Shown: positions 25,162-40,147 of the stretch, piece after piece
How the letters are laid out: every line of letters starts with the position of its first letter
Numbering within the stretch: the first letter of the stretch is position 1
NCBI GenBank assembly: GCA_020137815.1
Contig: CM035360.1
Coordinates: forward strand, 248,001 to 312,000
DNA length: 64,000 nucleotides
From: Hormiphora californensis
Taxonomy: Eukaryota > Animalia > Ctenophora
Reading direction: 5' to 3'
The notes under the pieces: model-generated
What the model was told of the DNA's origin: nothing
What the model saw: the letters and a program-made list of their open reading frames with translations, nothing else
Databases searched by the model: none
Program-made: the position numbers and the translations under genes

Positions 25162-28100
25162 GTAAACATCACACATGAAGACACACACTAGTAAACAGCA
25201 CACATGAAGACACACACTAGTAAACAGTGCACACATGAAGACACACACTAGTAGACATCACACATGAAGACACACACTAGTAGACATCACACATGAAGAC
25301 ACACACTAGTAAACATCACACATGAAGACACACACTAGTAGACATCACACATGAAGACACACACTAGTAAACATCACACATGAAGACACACACTAGTAAA
25401 CAGTGCACATGAAGACACACACTAGTAAACATCACACATGAAGACACACACTAGTAAACATCACACATGAAGACACACACTAGTAAACATCACACATGAA
25501 GACACACACTAGTAGACATCACACATGAAGACACACACTAGTAGACATCACACATGAAGACACACACTAGTAAACATCACACATGAAGACACACACTAGT
25601 AGACATCACACATGAAGACACACACTAGTAAACATCACACATGAAGACACACACTAGTAAACATCACACATGAAGACACACACTAGTAAACATCACACAT
25701 GAAGACACACACTAGTAGACATCACACATGAAGACACACACTAGTAAACAGTGCACATGAAGACACACACTAGTAGACATCACACATGAAGACACACACT
25801 AGTAAACATCACACATGAAGACACACACTAGTAGACATCACACATGAAGACACACACTAGTAGACATCACACATGAAGACACACACTAGTAGACATCACA
25901 CATGAAGACACACACTAGTAGACATCACACATGAAGACACACACTAGTAAACATCACACATGAAGACACACACTAGTAGACATCACACATGAAGACACAC
26001 ACTAGTAGACAGTGCACATGAAGACACACACTAGTAGACAGTACACATGAAGACACACACTAGTAGACATCACACATGAAGACACACACTAGTAAACATC
26101 ACACATGAAGACACACACTAGTAGACAGTGCACATGAAGACACACACTAGTAAACATCACACATGAAGACACACACTAGTAAACATCACATATGAAGACA
26201 CACACTAGTAGACAGTGCACATGAAGACACACAAAAGTAGACAGTGCACATGAAGACACACACTAGTAAACAGTGCACACATGAAGACACACACTAGTAG
26301 ACATCACACATGAAGACACACACTAGTAAACATCACACATGAAGACACACACTAGTAAACATCACACATGAAGACACACACTAGTAGACATCACACATGA
26401 AGACACACACTAGTAAACATCACACATGAAGACACACACTAGTAAACATCACACATGAAGACACACACTAGTAGACAGTACACATGAAGACACACACTAG
26501 TAGACATCACACATGAAGACACACACTAGTAAACATCACACATGAAGACACACACTAGTAAACATCACATATGAAGACACACACTAGTAGACAGTGCACA
26601 TGAAGACACACAAAAGTAGACAGTGCACATGAAGACACACACTAGTAGACAGTGCACACATGAAGACACACACTAGTAGACAGTGCACACATGAAGACAC
26701 ACACTAGTAAACATCACACATGAAGACACACACTAGTAAACATCACACATGAAGACACACACTAGTAAACATCACACATGAAGACACACACTAGTAAACA
26801 TCACACATGAAGACACACACTAGTAGACATCACACATGAAGACACACACTAGTAAACATCACACATGAAGACACACACTAGTAGACAGTGCACATGAAGA
26901 CACACACTAGTAAACATCACACATGAAGACACACACTAGTAGACAGTGCACACATGAAGACACACACTAGTAAACATCACACATGAAGACACACACTAGT
27001 AGACAGTGCACATGAAGACACACACTAGTAAACATCACACATGAAGACACACACTAGTAGACAGTGCACATGAAGACACACACTAGTAGACAGTGCACAT
27101 GAAGACACACACTAGTAAACATCACACATGAAGACACACACTAGTAGACATCACACATGAAGACACACACTAGTAAACATCACACATGAAGACACACACT
27201 AGTAAACATCACACATGAAGACACACACTAGTAAACATCACACATGAAGACACACACTAGTAAACATCACACATGAAGACACACACTAGTAAACATCACA
27301 CATGAAGACACACACTAGTAAACATCACACATGAAGACACACACTAGTAAACATCACACATGAAGACACACACTAGTAGACATCACACATGAAGACACAC
27401 ACTAGTAGACATCACACATGAAGACACACACTAGTAGACAGTGCACATGAAGACACACACTAGTAGACATCACACATGAAGACACACACTAGTAAACATC
27501 ACACATGAAGACACACACTAGTAAACATCACACATGAAGACACACACTAGTAGACAGTGCACACATGAAGACACACACTAGTAAACATCACACATGAAGA
27601 CACACACTAGTAAACATCACACATGAAGACACACACTAGTAGACATCACACATGAAGACACACACTAGTAAACAGTGCACACATGAAGACACACACTAGT
27701 AGACAGTGCACACATGAAGACACACACTAGTAAACATCACACATGAAGACACACACTAGTAAACATCACACATGAAGACACACACTAGTAAACAGTGCAC
27801 ATGAAGACACACACTAGTAGACATCACACATGAAGACACACACTAGTAGACATCACACATGAAGACACACACTAGTAAACAGTGCACACATGAAGACACA
27901 CACTAGTAAACATCACACATGAAGACACACACTAGTAGACAGTGCACATGAAGACACACACTAGTAAACATCACACATGAAGACACACACTAGTAAACAT
28001 CACACATGAAGACACACACTAGTAGACATCACACATGAAGACACACACTAGTAGACATCACACATGAAGACACACACTAGTAAACATCACACATGAAGAC

Positions 28101-29387
28101 ACACACTAGTAGACAGTGCACACATGAAGACACACACTAGTAAACAGTGCACATGAAGACACACACTAGTAAACATCACACATGAAGACACACACTAGTA
28201 AACATCACACATGAAGACACACACTAGTAGACATCACACATGAAGACACACACTAGTAGACATCACACATGAAGACACACACTAGTAGACATCACACATG
28301 AAGACACACACTAGTAACATCACACATGAAGACACACACTAGTAAACAGTCACACATGAAGACACACACTAGTAAACAGTGCACACATGAAGACACACAC
28401 TAGTAACATCACACATGAAGACACACACTAGTAAACATCACACATGAAGACACACATAGTAGACATCACACATGAAGACACACACTAGTAGACAGTGCAC
28501 ACATGAAGACACACACTAGTAAACATCACACATGAAGACACACACTAGTAAACATCACATGAAGACACACACTAGTAAACATCACACATGAAGACACACA
28601 CTAGTAAACATCACACATGAAGACACACACTAGTAGACATCACACATGAAGACACACACTAGTAAACATCACACATGAAGACACACACTAGTAAACATCA
28701 CACATGAAGACACACACTAGTAAACATCACACATGAAGACACACACTAGTAAACATCACACATGAAGACACACACTAGTAAACATCACACATGAAGACAC
28801 ACACTAGTAAACAGCACACATGAAGACACACACTAGTAAACATCACACATGAAGACACACACTAGTAAACATCACACATGAAGACACACACTAGTAGACA
28901 TCACACATGAAGACACACACTAGTAGACAGTGCACACATGAAGACACACACTAGTAAACATCACACATGAAGACACACACTAGTAAACATCACACATGAA
29001 GACACACACTAGTAAACATCACACATGAAGACACACACTAGTAGACATCACACATGAAGACACACACTAGTAAACATCACACATGAAGACACACACTAGT
29101 AAACATCACACATGAAGACACACACTAGTAAACATCACACATGAAGACACACACTAGTAAACATCACACATGAAGACACACACTAGTAGACATCACACAT
29201 GAAGACACACACTAGTAAACATCACACATGAAGACACACACTAGTAAACATCACACATGAAGACACACACTAGTAAACATCACACATGAAGACACACACT
29301 AGTAAACATCACACATGAAGACACACACTAGTAAACATCACACATGAAGACACACACTAGTAGACAGTGCACACATGAAGACACACA
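25162..29387. repeat. 29-bp satellite array, ~145 units
   Basis: gtaRacatcacacatgaagacacacacta, with a cagtgca variant, repeated over ~4.2 kb. Confidence 0.98.
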
Positions 29388-29399
29388 GAGTGCAGTTTA

Positions 29400-30607
29400 A
29401 TTGTTTTCATAGCACACAATCTGGCACACTCTGTTTTTTTGTATAGGGTAAAAAGGTCTGAAATCGGTGCCGGTTTCTGTTTTTTTTGTTTGTTGGTTTG
29501 AAACCTGGTAAATACAAAATATAAAGGGCCCAATCGGGTTCTAGGATGATTTTTACTCATCTCTCTGTCCCAAAAGCCAAAAAATGTCAGCATGTCAAAA
29601 TTAGGAAAACCCCTTTAGTTTTCTCTTCTTGCTCTTGACTTCTCGGCTTTTCCTCCTCTTCCTTCTCTCCTCCTCCCCCTTCTCTCTCTTTCTCTCTCTC
29701 TCCCTCTCTCTCTTTTCTCTCTATCTCTCTCTCTCCCCTCTCTCTTTCTCTCTATCTCTCTCTCTCTATCTCCCTCTCTCTCCCTCTCTCTCCTGCGATG
29801 AAGAAAGCTGGAGGGATCTAGAGGGAGTTTTAACAAAACTGCATGAGGGAAAATTGGTTTTTTTGGGGGGGGGTTTTCCCAAAATTTTGAATTTTATCCA
29901 CACTATCCCCAAAAAAAACATTTAAAAAAATTTTCCCACAGGCGGGCCGGGGTTTTTTGATCCCCCCCTTGACTGCGCCCCCCCCAACCCCCCTTTCACC
30001 AAACTTCACCCCCCGGGGTTGTATGTTCCCACCCCCTAGCTCTATCCTGGGGTTTTTATATGGGACAAAGGACTAAAGAACCCCCTGCAGAACTGAAAAT
30101 ACCCGGGATAAAAAACTCAAAAATGTGACATGTTTTGGGTAACGAAAATTATCTCAGACCCTTTTCCAGAGCGCCTTCGTGGGGCCCACGTTTTTGTGCG
30201 CCGGAAAGGGGGGGAAATTTTGTTCCCAAAAGTGTGGGGTTCGTGTGTGTGTATGAAAAGGAAGGGGTAAAAATTTTCATTTTTTTTTTAAACTGCAATT
30301 TTTCTCTTGGATTCAAAAGAAGGGCCGAGAGATTTGAAAAATAAATCATTTTAAAAACCCATCTTTTCCCCATTCTCTCTGGATTCAGAGTGATACCGAG
30401 AGGTTGTTCTCTATTTTTTATTTTTCCTCCGTGGGGTTTTAAATTTTTGTCCGCAGGATTTAAAAATCAAATTTTTTTTTTTAATATATGGTCGGGGGCA
30501 AACCAAAAAAGTTTTCCCGTTTTTTTGGGTTTTACTTTAAAAATTTTTTAAAATTAAAACACCCAAAACGAGGAGGGGGTTGGTTTTTTTTTTGGGGGGG
30601 TTTTTGT

Positions 30608-30638
<31 letters not shown>

Positions 30639-31925
30639 TTTTGGGGGTTTTTGTTTTGTTTCCATGGTAACTTGATGAATTGTTGTCATATAAAACATCA
30701 AAAAACCTGGAGTTTTTGACGTCATATCTTTCTGGTCACTAAATCTTTTGTGTTTTTTTTTCATCAAGCAGGGGTCCTCGGGGAGGGGACCACTCCCCCT
30801 TTTACCACGAAACACCACTGAGGGGAGGGGAAAGGGGGGGCCGGGAAGGGGAGGGGGGAAAAAAGGAGACAGAGGAAACATTTGAAAAAGGGGGGAGATA
30901 AAGAAGGAGAGAGAGAGGGGGGAGAACGAAGGGGGAGAGAGGGAGAGGGGGAGAAAACAGAAGGAGAGAGAAAAGGAGAGAGAGGGGGAGAGAAAAGGGA
31001 AGAGAAAAGGGGAAGAGGGGAGATACAGAAGGAGAGAGAGTGAGAGGGGAGATACAGAGGTACAGTGAGAGAGAGGGGAGATACAGAAGGAGAGAGGAGA
31101 GGTGAGATACAGAAGGAGAGAGTGGGAGATAGAACAAGAGAGATGGGGGTGGAGAGAAATACAGAGATATGCTATGAGGGGTGAGACCAGAAAGAAAACA
31201 TCATGGGGCATGTACTTATTGACTACAGGGGAATGGGGGGGGGGAATAAAATTTTTTTTTGGGGGGGGGGGGGGAATATTTCTTGGGGGGAAAAATTTTT
31301 TCCTTGGGGGTTTTATCTGACTTTTCTAAAAGGGTTCCCTTTTGTGCTATAAAAAAGTGTTTTATAAATAGCAAGAGGGCCCGCCCCCGGGGGACTATAA
31401 AGGGGAGGAGAAAAAGGGGCCCCCAAGGGTTTAAAAGTCTAGAACATTTTTACGCCCTTCGAGAACAAAAAATTTGGAGGTTGGAAGGGGCCGGGGAGAG
31501 TACCGGGGGGGGGGAAATTTCAGGTACTTTAAAACATACTGCGTGCTGAACATTATAAAAGGGGGGGGCTAAAATATTATGGGGAAATGGGATCTCCGGA
31601 AATTAGCCCTACAAATATAAAAAGGTGGGGGCTGTTCACATTTTTTCCCCAACGTAGAAAATTTCTTTTGCAGATCATAAAAACACTGGAAAACTGAAGT
31701 TACACTCCCCCCCTTTGGGGGAATGGAACAGTTGTTTTTTTTGGGAAAAGGATGAACTGATCGGGTTGTCGTGGAAAGTTAATTTGGGCCCCGGGCCCCC
31801 TTGATATATCTTTAGAAAGGTAAGATGAGTTATTTTGAGCTATTATGGTATTTCACACTTTGTAACGGCCCATCTTCACACTTTGTAACATTTCACCCAC
31901 TACACGTCGTCCCACAGTCTCCTTT

Positions 31926-31970
<45 letters not shown>

Positions 31971-32252
31971 GTGGTGTTACATTTGTTACAACACTGGCAA
32001 ATAGCTAAAAGGGAAATCCACGTTTATTTTTTGGCCCTTTTATTTCCCCTTTTCCCCACCCCTCTAATTCTTTCTGCCTGTCCCCCACTTTTTCTACAGG
32101 GGGGGGGAAAAAAAGGGGGAAGGGGGCCCAGGGAAAAAAAAAAACCCGAAATAGGGGACCCCCCCCCCAAAGGGGGGGGGTTTGGGGGGGGGCACGGGGG
32201 TAGCCCCCCCCCCCGGGGGGGGGGAAAACCCCCCCAAAATTTTTTTTTCCCC

Positions 32253-32293
<41 letters not shown>

Positions 32294-32480
32294 CTCCTCT
32301 TTTTTCTCTTTTCCCCCTCCTCTCTCCCCCCCTCTCCCTCTCTCTCTCCCTTTTTCTCCCCCTCCTTCCTCCCCGCCTTTTTTCTGGGGCCGTGGTGCAG
32401 AGAAATTGGCCGTATTTTCTGGCACACTGTTTTTAGGAAAAAGCACACTGTTAGAAAGGGGTAGCCCCCCCCTGCCCGTT
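29400..32480. other. Homopolymer-inflated low-complexity sequence, probably low-quality consensus
   Basis: Abrupt excess of G/C/A/T runs; same texture as 56630-57530, which is a corrupted copy of a clean paralogue. Confidence 0.65.
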
Positions 32481-34043
32481 AGAACCCTGTAGCGAAATTC
32501 TGTTTTTAAAGAGTAGCGAAATTTCTTAGACGTAGTAGCGAAATGCTGTTAGACTAGTACGAAAGCTGTTTTGAAGTATAGCGAAATGCGGGTTTTAAAG
32601 TGTAACGAAATGCGTTGACCCAGTACGAAAAGCTGTTTGACGTAGTAGAAAATGCTGTTTGAAAGTACAAAAAATAGTACACAAACCCCCCATGATCCCC
32701 TTTTAAAATCCCATTATTAGGGTTGTTAGCCCGCAATATTTATCCGAAATATGTCTAGAATTCCCATGAACATCACTAATTATCACTCAATGTCAGCAGG
32801 AGTGTGTCTCATTATTGTCTGTGAGATGATAATAAGTCATACTCCTGCTAAGTAGAGCTACATTGCGGACACACAGTGTCCTGTGTCAGGAAACTGTGTT
32901 CTCCTGACTCCTGTGTCATGCGACTCAAAAGTAGAGCTGTTGACACTGTTCTCTGTTTAAAACCCCTCTCACTACTGCTGCAGCTGTACAATGGGTGGTG
33001 TGTGTGTCTAAAATCGATCAAGGTTAAACCGGTATAATTGCTCTGTGCTCTCTGCTCAGTGCTCTCTATGTTGGGGGTTTCTCAGTAAAAGTGCACTGAC
33101 AATATTCCTGGTTCTTTTGTCACATTGAATCGAGTATTGTTGTCCCCTTTTATATTAGGGTGTTTAATAACGTTTTATGTTAAGGAATGGGTCACATTTG
33201 ACATGTGGTTTAACACATTAGAGAGACATTAGAGAGAGAGAGAGAACTTGACCGTGGAAGGAACGTGAGAGAAGAAGAACCACACTGTGTGTCAAAGCAC
33301 ATGATCACGCGGCGTTGTGTGCATAACAAATGTAGCGCGCGGTCGATGTGCGCGCTAAAACTATACAAAGCTCACTATCTTCAGCAGTAGTCATAACACA
33401 CTGGATCTCTTGTCAGCGCTTTCAGCCGGGTTGGGATATGTCTTGATCACTTGACTTGTCCAGGATATAAATCGATAGGATTAGATTTTCCTGCTGATTA
33501 TGACCAGTTAGTACCATTGTCCACTTCCTAATATTTCAATGGGATTCCAATTTACAATTGATCCAGACAACCGATGCTATGTCACTTTATCACATCCAAT
33601 TTATAGTTAACTATTCTTTTCCATCGACTTGTAGACTTGTAGACTTGTAGACTTGTAGACTGGTGAGTTCATCCATATGTGGGGGGGGGGGGCCTGCCGC
33701 AAAAATCTCAGCTACCCTCTTTTCGGCCGATGAGATTTTTGAGATTTTTGGGAAAATTTGCTCAATTACGTTTGAGATTTTTGTGGTAAATTGGCACAAT
33801 TTTGGCTGCCAATACTCAGTTTTTCGACATATTTTTAGCTTAAAACTGAATCATAATAGCAGTTTAGTAATTTAAATAGGTAGATTTCATGTTTTAGCTT
33901 CACATTAACTTTTGTACTAGAACACAAGGAAAATTTCTATTCAGAATTTTGATTTTTGGTAGAAAAACACAAGGATTGTTTCTATTCCAAATTTTCGAAT
34001 GAAAATTTTTCCTTTCTATGAGATTTTTGAGAAAAATTTGCGG

Positions 34044-34085
34044 GTTTCAAACTTTTCAACACTACTTTAAACAAATTAATTTGAG
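34044..34085 (+). other. Retroposed spliced-leader-like sequence forming the 5' end of the LINE
   Basis: GTTTCAAACTTTTCAACACTACTTTAAACAAATTAATTTGAG matches, from memory, the ctenophore trans-spliced leader ending AATTTGAG. It starts at the insertion junction and is followed by TT, not a GT donor. Confidence 0.8.
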
Positions 34086-34124
34086 TTTCAGAAAGCCATG
34101 TACAAGTGACCACCCCTGGAAACT

Positions 34125-36191
34125 ATGACTGAAGCCAAGGAGAAAGCTATCCTGGGGAAGCAGAAGGCTATCCTGTCAGAGCTAAGTAAGGATTCTGATT
34201 GTGGTGATGAGGTTAAGCGAGTCCTGAAGGCCTACAACCCGGCAGCAAAGAAATATCAGACCAACCTGAACAACCTGGATAAGTTTGATGCCCCCGTTCT
34301 GGAGGAGGCCGCTGTTTTCCTGGGAGGTAAGCCCCGGACCGACGATGGTGTCAGCATAAGGTACCGTAGCAAATCTAGCCTCATTGACTGGCTAATCATG
34401 GCTATCGAGGGTCTCTTCCCTCAGTTTTGCGAGGCCTGTGAGTTAGATTACTCATTGAAACGAGGAGAAAAATCCAGGTTTAACTGCAGTAGCTGTGGTG
34501 GTGGTAGCCACAACTGCCACCTAATCCAGGAGCAGCCTAAGTGTAGTGTCCCTGGTTTTGTTTGGATTTGCTCAGGCTGTATGAAAAAGAACAGACTGGA
34601 AACTTTCTCTGGCGAAAACGGGGAGTTTGCCAGTCCTCCTAAAAGTGCAGCTAGTGAGGCAAATGATGACAGTTTGAGGAGGAAGTTCAGTTTCTTGTCG
34701 ACGGCTGACTCAGCCGCTGAGGTTAGCGAGAAACCAGGGGAGGTGACCACAACCGGTGATAAGAAGGAACTACCCAAGGAAAAAGAGAAACAGATCGATA
34801 GTGAGTCAGACAAACCAATTCCAGTGTGCCAGCAATACCTTCAACATCGCTGCAAGCATGGTCGTGCTGGAACAAAGTTGGTCAACGGAGTTGCTTGCCA
34901 GAAGTCACACCCTCCACTGTGCCGGAAGTACTGCTCACACGGATCTATGAAGAAGTACGGATGTCAGCTGGGTAAGGAATGTCGATATTTCCACCCACCC
35001 CTGTGTCGTTCCTCACAGTTCAGTCATCAATGTCTCAAGACCGACTGTCGTTTTCAACATCTGAGGAACACACGTCGTGCTCCTGCCAACGTGAAGGGAA
35101 ATAACACCCAGCCAACCGACGTGGGTAGGCCGAGAACCATGTCATCCTATGCTACAATAACTACGGATAGTAGTACTAATATGCCACGGTCCCAGCAGCC
35201 GAGCTCCAATGCAGCACGTGAGCCAGCCCCATTTGGGGGGGGGCCGGCTGAAGTTTTTGAAGTTTGAAGTTTTCCACCCTACTTTTTGAGTTTTTGAAGT
35301 TTTTGAAGTTGACTTCAAAAACTTCAAAAACTTCAAAAACTCTAAAATACTTTTATATGCTATCAGTGACTATTATTACACTTGTTTAGGTTAGTTTCAT
35401 GCTTAATACATATTGTGGCAAAGTTATCCGTCCTTGTCTTCCCTTTTTCTACCACAAATTAGGATATTTACAATGATTCCTAGCCATGAAATCCATGGCA
35501 CAATTTGGTGTAAAAAATTTAAATTTTTTGTAAAAACAGATTTTATTTTCATTCTATAACTCAAAAAATTGCCTAGAAAATGCTAAGAAAGTGTTTAAAA
35601 GTTATGAAGTAAATTTTCAAAAAAATTTTTTGGGGCCACACCCTTTTTGCCAGTCTCACAAAATGCAAATTTTTTATGAAGGGAGTAGTGAAAAAAATAT
35701 GGACACCAAAATCATCAGCGGCCTCGAGTTAGTGGGGGTACGTGCCAAAATGAAGTCTCCACCTCATCTAATTCTAGGGATAATGGGATATTTTCATAAT
35801 TTTGTGTGTGCGCATGACTTTTTTTGGGCTAGACCAGTTTTAATGGTTTATGAGTGACTATAGGCTTTTTAAAGGGGTGCATCTTGTTCGGAATATGCAA
35901 GTTTATATAAGAGTTATGAAGCAACATAGGGCCTATCTCCAACGGTTTAGGAGATATGAGTTTTTGAAGTTTTTGAAGTTTTTGAAGTTTTCCACCCTAA
36001 GTTTCGCTTTGAAGTTTTTGAAGTTGACTTCAAAAACTTCAAAAACTTCAGCCGGCCCCCCCCCCCCCCCATTTGATGAGCAGGCTTTTTTCGAAAGACT
36101 CTTGGGTGCGATGGATGCGAGAATGGACGCGAAAATGAGAGAAATGCTAGACGTGAGACTAGAACCGAGACGAACGTGGAGGGATCGTTAG
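34125..36191 (+). CDS. LINE ORF1p with PHD finger and three CCCH-type zinc fingers (408 aa after removing the MITE; segments 34125-35234 and 36075-36191)
   Basis: CEAC...CSSCGGGSHNC...WICSGC; CQQYLQHRC...CQKSH, CRKY...C.....CRYFH, CRSS.....C....CRFQH. Excision gives in-frame ...REPAPF|DEQAFFER...WRDR*. Confidence 0.88.
35235..36066. mobile_element. MITE with poly-G/poly-C termini and (gaagttttt)n subterminal repeats, inserted in ORF1
   Basis: Gn-ccggctgaagtttttgaag ... cttcaaaaacttcagccgg-Cn; (cccc)attt(g) duplicated on both sides. Confidence 0.9.
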
Positions 36192-36502
36192 GGCCTGTTT
36201 CGCCTACGAGCAAGCTGTTACTGCTTAACGCAAGGAGCTTAAGTCCAGCAGGTGATACAGGCTGGAAACTCGGTCTTATAAGAGACTATGTTACGCAAGA
36301 GAAAACTCCCATAGTAGCCATTGCAGTAACTGAGACTTGGTTTAAGGGTTATCATTCTGATGCTCAGGTTCAGATACCAGGGTATGACGTATATAGAAGT
36401 GATAGAGAAAACCGAGTTGGCGGAGGCTGTGCCTTATATGTTCAATGTTCGCTGGCTGTTTCTGACAGTATATATTTTGCGAGTGCGAATAACAATATGT
36501 GT

Positions 36503-38158
<1,656 letters not shown>

Positions 38159-39775
38159 ATATGTGTGCTGTCTATGTTGAACAAATAAACACTATTTATG
38201 CTGCTGTGTATCGCTCCGAGTCAAGTGTGTTAGACTTTCAAAAGCTGATGGACAATTTACAGACTTTTATAGATAAACACAGTGATGGACGATTATCAGA
38301 GGTCGTAATTTCTGGGGATTTTAATCTTCCTCTTTTTCAGTGGTCTGATGGCTCGTCTGTCCCGGTTGATCAGCCTAACTACAATGTTGTTGCTGATTTC
38401 ATGGACGCAAACTTTCTATCCCAAGTTGTTGAGGGCCCTACAAGAGGCAACAACACGCTAGACCTTGTGTTTACCAACCGTCCAGAATATTTCAGCGATA
38501 TTGTTATTACGGATGGGGGTATCTCGGACCATTCCTGGGTATCATGTGAACTATCTTTCAATCCTCTCGGTCCTAAAAGTTTATTTCTTCCCAGTACACT
38601 TGAGGGTTATCGTCAATTGGATCTTCAGTCAGCTGACTTCACTAGTATTGATGCGGAACTAGCGGCTACTGATTGGGATCGAATGTTGACGGAATGTGAA
38701 GAACTGGGAGACGAGGATGGTTCCCTTTTTGTGGAGGCCATGCGTGACAAAGTGTTCAAAGTTGTAAAGTCACACTGTCGGTTGAAGAAAATCAGGAAAG
38801 AGTTTGTGGACAAAGAACTGAAACACTTAACCAGCAGGAGACGGAAATTGGTTAAACGAAAGGACGATTCAAACAAATGGAAGTCACTGATGGACTGTAT
38901 TATTGGAAGGATAAAGGACCATTTGATATCAAGGGACAAGAAGGCAGAGAGGAAGGCTGTCGACGTAATTAAAGAAAACCCGAAGTACTTTTATTCACAC
39001 GTCAAGAGGAAATCAAAGGTTAAATCTTCAGTTGCACCCCTTGAGCGTGAAGATGGTTCACTAACTGTGGATCCTCAAGAGAAGGCTGGATTACTCCAAC
39101 ACCAGTTTTCCAGCGTTTTTAGCGACCCTTCCGCTATCGACCCCGCAGAGGCAGCTGGTAACGTGGAGGACCTTGGGGAGATCCTGACAAGTTTGGAGTT
39201 TTCCCAGGAATGTATCCAGACTGGCTTGAAGGAACTTAAGCCATTCTCAGCATCCCCTCCTGACTGCATTCCTTCTTTTGTTCTGAAACAGTGCAGCAGT
39301 AGCCTGGCATACCCGATTTGGATGTTGTGGAACAGGTCATTTGAAGACGGATCTGTCCCTAGTTGCTTAAAGCAACAGTTCATAACACCATTATTCAAGA
39401 AGGGGGCTAAATCGAAACCTGTGAACTATCGCCCAGTGTCTATAACAAGTCACCTGTCTAAAGTGTTTGAGCGGCTGGTGAGGAAACGGATCAGTGACTA
39501 CTTGGACGAGATGGAGTTGCAGAGTGACACTCAGCATGGGTTTAGGAAGGGGCGCAGTACGATGACACAGCTACTAACCCATGTTGACATCATCCTATCT
39601 GATCTATGCGGTGATCAGGAAGTCGATGCTATCTACTTAGATTTTAGTAAAGCATTTGATTCCGTGGATATCAATGTATTGCTAGCTAAATTGAGGCGAT
39701 ATGGTATTGGAGGTCAACTCCTTCAGTGGATCAGTGCGTGGATCCTGGGCAGGAATCAGTGTGTAATGGTGGATG

Positions 39776-40147
39776 GGTAGGCGGTAAATGTTAACCAGAT
39801 CTGAGAGAAAACGTACGTGCAAAACTACGTTTTTGCCCATAACTCAGCCATTTCTTGACCAATTTGCAAGATCTTGGGTGCGTTGGAAAGAGGACATTGA
39901 GATCTTTCAAATGAGCCCAATAAAACTAAAATCGGCGGAAAATGCGCGGCGTCATGGCGCAAAATGCGCGTTTTCGCCACCACGCCGCGCAATTTGCGCC
40001 AATTTTCATTTTCTTGAGCTCATTTGAAAGATCTCAATGTCCTCTTTCCAATGAGCCAAGGATTTTGCAAATTGGTCAAGAAATGGCTGAGTTATGGGCA
40101 AAAACGTGCGAAATTCTCACAGATCTGGTTAACATTTACCGCCTACC
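39776..40147. mobile_element. Palindromic MITE, GG termini, 9-bp TSD (Mutator-like), inserted in the RT domain
   Basis: TIR ggtaggcggtaaatgttaaccagatctg; TSD tggtggatg at 39767-39775 and 40148-40156. Confidence 0.9.

Noticed and set aside
25162-29387. CRISPR-like array (also 3087-4739 and 23895-24878)
   Set aside because: Head-to-tail units without unique spacers, no cas genes, eukaryotic context.
29615-32492. Long ORFs rich in R/E, L/S, G/P/F/K (also 57104-57442 and all ERERER/SLSLSL ORFs)
   Set aside because: Translations of microsatellites or homopolymer-inflated sequence.
34044-34130. SL RNA gene
   Set aside because: The leader is followed by TT rather than the GT donor and runs straight into the LINE 5' UTR; this fits a retroposed trans-spliced RNA.
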